A program made the position numbers and the translations under genes. This document shows, piece after piece, positions 1-6,940 of a stretch of 51,467 nucleotides of DNA. Where the stretch lies: positions 1-51,467 of IMG/VR virus record IMGVR_UViG_3300032216_001081. One strand, written 5' to 3'. The DNA comes from a virus. Lineage: Duplodnaviria > Caudoviricetes. Within the stretch, counting starts at the first letter, position 1; each line of letters opens with the position of its first letter. A model generated the notes under the pieces. That model saw only the letters and a program-made list of their open reading frames with translations. It made no database searches and was not told the DNA's origin.

Positions 1-123
1 AAGAAACACATCAAAAACCAAGCAAATAAGTATATATGGAAAATCAAGAACAGCAGGAAGCACATGAAGCTCAAGACATCAACCCGCAGATTGTGCTCGT
101 CCAGGGCATCAGTCAGCTCATCA
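1..123. repeat. Terminal direct repeat, left copy (circular assembly overlap)
   Basis: 1-123 is identical to 51345-51467 and cuts through genes, as expected for an assembler overlap of a circular or permuted genome. Confidence 0.95.
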
Positions 124-266
124 AGGGTGTGGCCGAGAAGTACAAAGGTCAGTTCAACATCATGGATGTGGTCGGTGCGTTGGAGTGTGCCAAGTTTGAA
201 CACTTGCACAATTCAATTACCCGCGCTTCCGTTCCCGCGCAGACTGAAACCCCGGCTTCCAACTAA
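36..266 (+). CDS. Hypothetical protein (76 aa)
   Basis: ATG after A/T-rich leader; follows the XRE gene across the join; next ATG 2 nt after its stop. Confidence 0.75.
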   Translation: MENQEQQEAHEAQDINPQIVLVQGISQLIKGVAEKYKGQFNIMDVVGALECAKFEHLHNSITRASVPAQTETPASN

Positions 267-267
267 C

Positions 268-552
268 ATGATTACGCTAAGCATTGATGTAACTCTTCTG
301 GACAAGGCTCGTTTTAAGCGGGTCACAAAGAAGAACGGCAAGGAAGCTGTCTATGCGGAGCTTGTTTTGTTTGAAACTCCGACTAGCGACTATGGCGATT
401 ACATCGTCAAGCAGGGTGTGACCAAGGAAGAGCGTCAGCAAAAGAAAGACATGCCGATTCTTGGCAACGGCAAGGTTTGGGACAAGAAAGGTTTTGCTCC
501 AAAGGAAGCTGCTACTGAAGACGTCAAGGATGGCGATGAGGTGCCGTGGTGA
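268..552 (+). CDS. Putative single-stranded DNA-binding-like protein (94 aa)
   Basis: Start reassigned to ATG 268 (MITLSIDV...); small beta-rich body with an acidic tail ending DGDEVPW, resembling SSB C-termini. Confidence 0.5.
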   Translation: MITLSIDVTLLDKARFKRVTKKNGKEAVYAELVLFETPTSDYGDYIVKQGVTKEERQQKKDMPILGNGKVWDKKGFAPKEAATEDVKDGDEVPW

Positions 553-746
553 ACATTCACTCACTTGCTGCTGACATTGCTGACAGGATTCCTGAGATGG
601 CGAAAGATTCAAAGATGAACAACACTGTCATCATTGAGAACATGATTCGCGACTTCAGGAAAGTCGGGGAGCATTCAATTCTTCCGTTTGTTGACTGGCG
701 AGTTCAAAGTAATTCTAAAAATACTTTGACAGGTACGGCTGAGTGA
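546..746 (+). CDS. Hypothetical protein
   Basis: GTG start (546 or 549) overlapping the upstream TGA. Confidence 0.55.
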   Translation: MVNIHSLAADIADRIPEMAKDSKMNNTVIIENMIRDFRKVGEHSILPFVDWRVQSNSKNTLTGTAE

Positions 747-761
747 ACTAAAAGTATAAAC

Positions 762-1166
762 ATGAACGGCATCGTGCAACAATTTATGAATCTGGCTCTG
801 AGCCAGAACGGTGTGATGCCCGTTCATATCGGGGGGCTGGCAGCGATGTCAGCCCCCTCTTCCTCTTCGATAAAATCAAACACCCGTGGCTGCGGTAATA
901 ACAGCTCACAAGCTTCAGTAAGCAATCTGCTCATGGCAGGCCTCATGATAGGGACACCTTCTGGTGACACCCGAAAAACGCCCCGTTTGAACAAGCCGTC
1001 GAAGACCACAGTTAGTTTCCCCTTCGTGCATCGCTAACCGGCTATTGCATACGGCAAGGACAGGGAAACCCGTCGGTTCTGGAAGCTCTCCAGCCACGGA
1101 ATGTTCTATTAAGGGCGTGCTATGCCCTGATTCAAAGGAGACTGAATAACCCTTTAGATTAGAACA
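762..1166 (+). ncRNA. Candidate structured RNA (overlaps doubtful ORF 762-1037)
   Basis: Consecutive helices 762-773/815-827, 791-798/800-807, 832-842/847-857 (GCGA loop), 1015-1021/1063-1069, 1102-1108/1160-1166 enclosing two hairpins; TTGACA at 726-731. Confidence 0.4.
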
Positions 1167-1511
1167 GTTAAGTGCTGAATTCTTCATACATAAGCAATCA
1201 TGGAGCAGTAGACCAGATTTGCTCAAAAGACTTAGTAGACCACCCTGAACAGCTTTACAAAGCGGCTATCTGAGTCAAAGGCCACCCTCACCCCCCCCAA
1301 CGCTTTGAACCTCCCTAAAGTTGTAAAAGTGGTATCTGTCGTGAGGTTGTGTATTAATTAGTCAGCTACCATCTTTGGGGGCTTACGGCGGCGGCTGGGT
1401 GGGGACGGGTCTGGCAAAAAAGAGATTCCTTGTGGTGGGGGGCGGATTATTAGTGAGGATGGGCTGTCGCCTATCCCATTAACAAAACAAAACAAAACAA
1501 AGTAAAAACAT

Positions 1512-2024
1512 ATGGCAATTCAAGTTCAAAACACCACCACGCAAGCTCCGGCTCCTCAAGCCGTCAGCCTTCAAACTGCTTTCAAGTTTGAATCGGTTGA
1601 TTTCATTGAGTCGCAAGTCATTGCAAAGGAACACACTCAAAAAGCTTATGTCACCAAAAAAGGTGTCAGCAAGCCTGCGCGTCTGATTCCTGCACGAGTG
1701 ACTGGCACGCGGTTCGGTGTTATGACGACCAAGGATTATGCTACTCGCAATCCTGATATGTCTGCTGCGGAGATTAAATCCGTGCGGCAGTCTGACATGA
1801 TTAACGCTGGGCGGTCCGTATCGGATGAGCTGAAACAGCTCTGCGATGCGGGTTCGCTCGGTTGCGTGTCGCTGGTTCGTGGTGTCAACGGCAGAATCAA
1901 GGTCGAGTTCGTTCCGACCTCGGGCGGCGTTCTTAACGCCTCGGCAGCATTATCATTCATCCAGAACAATGCAAATCATCCGGCAGTTATCGCATACATC
2001 GAGAGCCTCAAAGCGGCAAAGTGA
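1512..2024 (+). CDS. Hypothetical early protein (170 aa)
   Basis: ATG after (AACAA)4 A-rich leader; followed by an intrinsic terminator. Confidence 0.8.
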   Translation: MAIQVQNTTTQAPAPQAVSLQTAFKFESVDFIESQVIAKEHTQKAYVTKKGVSKPARLIPARVTGTRFGVMTTKDYATRNPDMSAAEIKSVRQSDMINAGRSVSDELKQLCDAGSLGCVSLVRGVNGRIKVEFVPTSGGVLNASAALSFIQNNANHPAVIAYIESLKAAK

Positions 2025-2041
2025 GGTGAGCTGAAGCACGA

Positions 2042-2079
2042 AGGCGGGGAAGGACAGCCAACTTCCCCGCCTCTTTTTT
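2042..2079 (+). terminator. Intrinsic terminator
   Basis: AGGCGGGGAAG/CTTCCCCGCCT 11-bp stem followed by a T6 tract. Confidence 0.85.
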
Positions 2080-2155
2080 AGCTTGTTGCTTTCGGGTCTG
2101 AACAGGCGTTCAGATCCGACAGCAGCAAACTAACGCGACGAGTCAACGCTGCCGT

Positions 2156-2190
2156 CGCAACGCAACACAACACAACGCAACGCAACGCAA
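2156..2190 (+). repeat. Tandem pentamer repeat (CRCAA)x7
   Basis: cgcaa cgcaa cacaa cacaa cgcaa cgcaa cgcaa, ending 9 nt before ATG 2200. Confidence 0.9.
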
Positions 2191-2199
2191 CCAAAAGTT

Positions 2200-2451
2200 A
2201 TGATCGAACTAACACAAGCACCAGTCGAAGAAACAATCAAGCCCATCAAAACCAACAGGGTGGAAGCGATACAAAACGCCATCGATTCCATTATCGCCAA
2301 GGAAAAGATGCTGCAATATGCAGCCAACATGCACACGGAATTGACCAACATCAATTTACGAATCGGACGCAACTCTATTGGCGAAGTATTCGTCAAAGCT
2401 AGCGCTCGTGTGTCGGTCAAAATCGAAGCATATAGCCATATCAACTTATGA
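2200..2451 (+). CDS. Hypothetical protein
   Basis: ATG ORF; ATGA overlap with next gene. Confidence 0.7.
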   Translation: MIELTQAPVEETIKPIKTNRVEAIQNAIDSIIAKEKMLQYAANMHTELTNINLRIGRNSIGEVFVKASARVSVKIEAYSHINL

Positions 2452-2744
2452 TACTAACCAACGCAATTGTCACAGCGTATTGTGCCTGCCACATATGCTG
2501 TGGGTCTTGGTCTGCAACGAAGAAGACAGCAGACGGACACACGCCAAAGCAAGGCATTACAGTAGCAGCATCACGCAACATTCCATTCGGTACGAAGGTG
2601 TTAATCGACGCACACACATACATTGTACAAGACCGACTGGCAAAGCGATTTGACAACCGAATTGACGTGTATTTCAACAATCATCACGACGCGCTTGTGT
2701 TCGGCAAAAAGCATCGCGACGTAACCGTAATCACATCCAAATGA
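2448..2744 (+). CDS. 3D-domain (MltA-like) peptidoglycan-active protein
   Basis: VTAYC...TADG...TVAA...IPFGTKVLI...VQDR...RIDVYF pattern of 3D domains. Confidence 0.8.
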   Translation: MILTNAIVTAYCACHICCGSWSATKKTADGHTPKQGITVAASRNIPFGTKVLIDAHTYIVQDRLAKRFDNRIDVYFNNHHDALVFGKKHRDVTVITSK

Positions 2745-2920
2745 AAAAGTTCATTGTTACATTCACGGCAGGCATAGGCTCTATGTATGCGCACGCAAAA
2801 TCACGCGACGAGCTATATTGCATGATTGAGAAGACAACTCACCCAGCGATTGGGTTTGCTATTCAGGAGATTCCGAAGCAGTCTCAGCCTCAACAGCAGG
2901 AACATCAGCAACCTCAATAG
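2741..2920 (+). CDS. Small hypothetical protein (59 aa)
   Basis: Translated by hand (MKKFIVTFTAG...); ATGA-coupled to the 3D gene; 3' end overlaps a convergent gene. Confidence 0.45.
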   Translation: MKKFIVTFTAGIGSMYAHAKSRDELYCMIEKTTHPAIGFAIQEIPKQSQPQQQEHQQPQ

Positions 2921-3182
2921 GCTCATACGAAGTCATGGCTCGCTTTGCATTCTTCAGAAGCGAGCCTACTTCAGCTGGCTTTAATCGCGGTATTCCACGC
3001 AACTCGCGCTTCAAATGTTCAAGCTCAATCCATATGCGTATAAGCTCTGCCTTTTCCCTGGCATTTGATACAGTAGGCTCCTGCTCTTTCGGGAGCTTGC
3101 TTCCTTTTTTGCCGAGTATGTCGAGCAAGATTGATGTTTGAATCGCGTTTGCGTTGGAATGCTGTGCCGTTTGAAAAGACAT
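2859..3182 (-). CDS. Hypothetical protein (107 aa), possible small terminase subunit
   Basis: Start reassigned to ATG 3182; has its own promoter motif; helical core and acidic tail; TerS call is positional inference only. Confidence 0.55.
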   Translation of the reverse strand: MSFQTAQHSNANAIQTSILLDILGKKGSKLPKEQEPTVSNAREKAELIRIWIELEHLKRELRGIPRLKPAEVGSLLKNAKRAMTSYEPIEVADVPAVEAETASESPE

Positions 3183-3192
3183 ATTCCTGACT

Positions 3193-3218
3193 GTATTACT
3201 CAACGATATGCGTGTCAA
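3193..3218 (-). promoter_or_regulatory. Promoter TTGACA-N13-GTAATAC
   Basis: Same motif and spacing as 41981-42006 and 43921-43946. Confidence 0.7.
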
Positions 3219-3303
3219 TAGTTGCTTCCTTTCTGTTGCTTGATGGCAATAGAACGGAGTCAACCAATAGCGCCTGCTCCAGCGCATCAACAAATAAGAA
3301 CAT

Positions 3304-3537
3304 ATGCACGCTACATTAATCAACCACGCAAGAGTGACACAGGAAATACGGGAAGATGAGACGCTCAAAAAAGCCGAGTCATTCATCATCAAGATGGCAG
3401 CCTTGCGAGCCGACAAGTGCCGCTGCGGCAAGCTAGCTTGTCCCGTGTGCGGATTCACCGCGTTTCATCAGCGCGTCCGCAGCATCGAAAACAACAAGGT
3501 AATCAAAATCGGATACCTGACTGGAGGCAAACTATGA
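3304..3537 (+). CDS. Hypothetical protein with Cys cluster
   Basis: CRCGKLACPVC putative Zn site; A-rich leader. Confidence 0.65.
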   Translation: MHATLINHARVTQEIREDETLKKAESFIIKMAALRADKCRCGKLACPVCGFTAFHQRVRSIENNKVIKIGYLTGGKL

Positions 3538-3704
3538 ATCAAATCAAATGGAACATGCGCAAGCTCGCCGCATTAAAGCGAGCAATCACACAAGCGCGGC
3601 AATGCGGACACGAAGACTTCGTATTCGAAGGATACGATTTGTATGTTCCATATGCCGAATATCTGGCAACATGGATTGAGAAGCAACTAAAGCACGGAAA
3701 ATAA
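3534..3704 (+). CDS. Small hypothetical protein (56 aa)
   Basis: Start reassigned to ATG 3534 (ATGA overlap with upstream stop). Confidence 0.7.
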   Translation: MNQIKWNMRKLAALKRAITQARQCGHEDFVFEGYDLYVPYAEYLATWIEKQLKHGK

Positions 3705-3705
3705 T

Positions 3706-3951
3706 ATGAACCATCACGGAGATTTGCACACACGCAACATGCGCACTGAAAGCTGGCACGAAACTCCAAAGAAAATAAAGTTTCGTTACAGAGGCGGTTC
3801 AATAAGAGTCGAAGCGTTTAGAATCATCAAACGAATCCAGCTTGAGAACAAAGCAACTTCAGACGTTGTTGATTCATGGGATGACTACAACAAGCGCAAG
3901 GCTCGCATGGAAATGATTGCAGCCGCTCACAAAAAGGCATACGCTGTATGA
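3706..3951 (+). CDS. Hypothetical protein
   Basis: Tightly packed ATG ORF in the early operon. Confidence 0.65.
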   Translation: MNHHGDLHTRNMRTESWHETPKKIKFRYRGGSIRVEAFRIIKRIQLENKATSDVVDSWDDYNKRKARMEMIAAAHKKAYAV

Positions 3952-4103
3952 TGTTTCACAACATACAATGGCCGGACACAGGAAGACTTGTTCCAGACGG
4001 AGCAAAAACAGAAGTTCATAACATTCACGAAAAATGGTTAGACCTTGTTTGGTGGTGTGAAAAGCAACAAGTATGGGTCTATACCAGCACAGTTCAAAAA
4101 TAA
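3948..4103 (+). CDS. Small Trp-rich hypothetical protein (51 aa)
   Basis: Translated by hand (MMFHNIQWPDTG...VYTSTVQK); ATGA-coupled to the upstream gene. Confidence 0.55.
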   Translation: MMFHNIQWPDTGRLVPDGAKTEVHNIHEKWLDLVWWCEKQQVWVYTSTVQK

Positions 4104-4254
4104 TTATCATGCGCTCACAGACCGCACAAAGTCTGTGCTTTGCAATCAGCCCACTTAAGTGGGTTGATATACAGAGAAGTGAAAAATCAATGGACGCAAG
4201 CCATTCAACCGAGACGAAAGTCTCCTTGCAACGCAGAACAACAGTAATAACCAT

Positions 4255-4476
4255 ATGAAAACCATCACCATCAAATACGGCTCCGAAGTTCGCAACGTGA
4301 TCGTCAACGAAAACACCACCATCGCTCAGATTATTGCTGACCCGACCACCCGCGTCGTGCTTGGCTACGGCGACAATGTGCGTGCGCTCGTCAACAGCGT
4401 TGAGATGCCTGGCGATGCGATTCCCGGCAACGGCACCATCGTTGCTCTTGAGACTCGCGCCAACAGCAAGGCATAA
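4255..4476 (+). CDS. Ubiquitin-like (beta-grasp) modifier protein
   Basis: 73 aa with beta-beta-alpha-beta-beta pattern (KTITIKYG...TTIAQII...ALVN...GTIVALE) and short tail TRANSKA; first gene of an E2/E1/JAB cluster. Confidence 0.8.
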   Translation: MKTITIKYGSEVRNVIVNENTTIAQIIADPTTRVVLGYGDNVRALVNSVEMPGDAIPGNGTIVALETRANSKA

Positions 4477-4494
4477 TCGGTAGCAAATCCACTT

Positions 4495-4529
4495 GGGGTG
4501 GCAGGGTAAAACCTGCCGCCCCTTTTTTT
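4495..4529 (+). terminator. Intrinsic terminator after Ubl gene
   Basis: GGGGTGGCAGG/CCTGCCGCCCC stem followed by T7. Confidence 0.85.
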
Positions 4530-4551
4530 AACCATTAAACTATACAATAAA

Positions 4552-5304
4552 ATGAACTTTCAAAACTATATACGAATCAATCCAGACGGCACATGCTTCA
4601 GCGTTCAAGAGAGCCAAGAGCCTCGCGAACTCTCATCAAAAATCGCAGAATCATTCGCTAGCGAAATGATTCACAAAATCCATAACGCATTTCACTTTGG
4701 CGACAATGCCGTGAACATGTCGTTTAAGAAAAGCGAATTGTTTGCGTTTACTAAACTTAAAAGCATTATACTTACATCGCATTATAATCTAAATCCAGAC
4801 GACAAAATACTTCGCCCTGTCTTTATTAAGACTGAAGACTCGTCATCAAAACAATATCCAATCATGAGCCCAAGGTGGACATGCCCAGACAGCATGTCGC
4901 TTTACTTTGTGTCCAAGATTTATGGCTGGAACACTCGCATGACTCTTCCAAAAACACAGCCCGACCAATCAAACTATCTGTTTGCATTAGACGCCAACAA
5001 GGTTGCTTGGAAGCTTCCGCTTCCTAACATCTTTGACGATGGCGCTATTTGCATGGGCAGGTTTGACGGAAGCTCAACAAGCATCCAAGGCGCGTTTGCT
5101 ATGGCGCTCGGCCAGTTCTACAACTCAGCTTGGAACAGCGATTTGAACAGTTCTCAAACATCTCAGAAAGCTGGCAGTATGTTTATGTTCAAACCAACCG
5201 AAACATCCGTTGAGCAAATGCCAATGGACGAGGCAACTCATTGGTCAAACCTATGCACTAAAATCGCAACACCTGTAACCGACATCATCGTTAATTCAAT
5301 ATGA
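4552..5304 (+). CDS. Prokaryotic E2-like conjugating enzyme (Prok-E2_D / PRTRC protein B-like)
   Basis: LPLPNIFDDGAICMG matches the E2 PN-x3-G-x-IC active-site motif; followed by FYNSAWNSDL. Confidence 0.75.
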   Translation: MNFQNYIRINPDGTCFSVQESQEPRELSSKIAESFASEMIHKIHNAFHFGDNAVNMSFKKSELFAFTKLKSIILTSHYNLNPDDKILRPVFIKTEDSSSKQYPIMSPRWTCPDSMSLYFVSKIYGWNTRMTLPKTQPDQSNYLFALDANKVAWKLPLPNIFDDGAICMGRFDGSSTSIQGAFAMALGQFYNSAWNSDLNSSQTSQKAGSMFMFKPTETSVEQMPMDEATHWSNLCTKIATPVTDIIVNSI

Positions 5305-5618
5305 AACTAGAACAAGCATTTTACAACGAGCTTTTTCGCTCATCTGTAATTTCATCAAAGCCAATCTGTCAAAGCGTCGACGAATCATACAAAGACGCAA
5401 TCAGAGAAGTTACAAATAGGCACAAAATAATGGTTGCTGCATACCATAACACAGAATTAATGAATAAATTAATTCCAGATTATGTTCAACGTGATTTGTT
5501 TCTTGCTCAAATCAACAATATGTTTGAGCAATACAAAACGCTGAAAAAAGCACCAACCATGCAATTAAACATGAGCAACTTCTTTGAAAGGTTAATGGAG
5601 TCTCAAGCTCCTTTTTAA
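5301..5618 (+). CDS. Hypothetical helical protein within Ubl cassette
   Basis: ATGA-coupled to E2 and abutting E1. Confidence 0.75.
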   Translation: MKLEQAFYNELFRSSVISSKPICQSVDESYKDAIREVTNRHKIMVAAYHNTELMNKLIPDYVQRDLFLAQINNMFEQYKTLKKAPTMQLNMSNFFERLMESQAPF

Positions 5619-5619
5619 T

Positions 5620-6297
5620 ATGATATACATAATTGGCGCAGGCGGCGTAGGCTCTTGGCTTACTCCAGCAATATGCCTGCTTAAGTCACCAAGCGAAGTT
5701 ATCGTAGTTGACGGCGACACACTTGAGCATAAGAACCTCAATCGTCAGCTGTTTACCGAAGAAGACATAGGCAAGCCGAAGGCGCAAGCTTTAGCAGACA
5801 AGTATGGATGCGTTGCTGCTCCTTGCGGCTATTACTCACACGGCTCAATCCACATCAATAGCCAAGACTGGCTGCTTGTCGGAGTTGACAACAATCCGGC
5901 AAGGAAAGCCGTGCTTGAATCATGCAATGTGTATGGCTGCAAAGCCATATTCGGCGCGAACGAAGTAACTAGCGCAGAGGCATACTACTACGAACCAAAG
6001 TGGAGTGGTAGTCAGATGGACCCGCTGGTTTACTATCCAGAAATTTCTACCGACGCATCCGATGACCCGCGACACGCGGCAATTGGTTGCACGGGAGAAG
6101 CACAGAAAAACAATAGGCAGCTGGTGTCAGCCAACTTTATGGCTGCGGCATTGATGCAACATCTGTTCGTTCTATGGCATATGGAACGCAACAAGTTTAT
6201 TCGCGAAGCTCAAGCCCACCTGCCCTACCGCATCCGTCAGAACATGTCCAGCTACGAAGTAATGAAACAAATTAACCACACAAAAACCAATGAATGA
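5620..6297 (+). CDS. ThiF/E1-family adenylating enzyme
   Basis: IIGAGGVGS, VVDGDTLEHKNLNRQ, DIGKPKA, GVDNNPAR; candidate catalytic Cys in IGCTG. Confidence 0.9.
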   Translation: MIYIIGAGGVGSWLTPAICLLKSPSEVIVVDGDTLEHKNLNRQLFTEEDIGKPKAQALADKYGCVAAPCGYYSHGSIHINSQDWLLVGVDNNPARKAVLESCNVYGCKAIFGANEVTSAEAYYYEPKWSGSQMDPLVYYPEISTDASDDPRHAAIGCTGEAQKNNRQLVSANFMAAALMQHLFVLWHMERNKFIREAQAHLPYRIRQNMSSYEVMKQINHTKTNE

Positions 6298-6937
6298 TAC
6301 AACCACAGAACAGATAATTCCGGCAGTAGTCACCGAAGCTCCAGCAGTTCCAGTTATCAAAAGCAAAATCGAAGAGCATTTCAATTCTAGCTTTCTTGAG
6401 CTCATCAAGTTGTCTCCTAACAATCCCATTGTTAGGGCACAGATGATGCGCATCTTGCTCAAGGAACCGCCCAAGGAATTGGATGGGTTTGACGCTCTTA
6501 AAAAATGGGTTGAAGAAAACTTCGAGTCAAAGACTGGCGCCGCCACGCGCAAGTGCAATTCAGATGGTCGTGTTTTGTTCGATGTCGAGTGGAATATTTC
6601 CGATGTCGAGTATGGCAGGTGCGACTATTCTGTTCGCAGGAGCGGTTCGTACGTGAGCAGCACCACGATGGATGACATTCAACAATGGATTGACGATGAA
6701 AAATCAGTCCAAGAAATCACCGACATGCTCTATGACGAAATATCCGATAATTATAGCACTGACCACATGCAGTCCTATGACGGATCCGAATACGACAACG
6801 AGGAGCCAGACCGCACAGACAACTTCGAAGCTGAACCTGATGGCGGCTATCGCACGCTTCGCACTCGGCTTCTTGAGGCAGTTCGCACAAACCTTGGCAA
6901 CGATTACGCAACAGCATTAGAAAACAACACCAACTAA
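6290..6937 (+). CDS. Acidic hypothetical protein within Ubl cassette
   Basis: Overlaps the E1 stop; D/E-rich C-terminal half. Confidence 0.75.
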   Translation: MNDTTTEQIIPAVVTEAPAVPVIKSKIEEHFNSSFLELIKLSPNNPIVRAQMMRILLKEPPKELDGFDALKKWVEENFESKTGAATRKCNSDGRVLFDVEWNISDVEYGRCDYSVRRSGSYVSSTTMDDIQQWIDDEKSVQEITDMLYDEISDNYSTDHMQSYDGSEYDNEEPDRTDNFEAEPDGGYRTLRTRLLEAVRTNLGNDYATALENNTN

Positions 6938-6940
6938 TAT

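Noticed and set aside
64-267. N-terminal extensions in the ORF track (64-552, 2859-3458, 47927-48550, 50969-51373)
   Set aside because: They overlap better-supported neighbouring genes; downstream ATGs with A-rich leaders or stop-start coupling fit better
2156-2190. Mini-CRISPR array
   Set aside because: Direct 5-nt tandem units with no spacers
4185-4230. c-di-GMP-I riboswitch (GGACGCAAGCC resembles GACGCAAAGC)
   Set aside because: The upstream GGCAAA and GNRA-capped P2 arrangement is missing
5620-6297. ThiF/MoeB as a thiamine or molybdopterin auxiliary metabolic gene
   Set aside because: No ThiG, MoaE, rhodanese or desulfurase; E2-like and JAB neighbours and a non-GG Ubl point to conjugation
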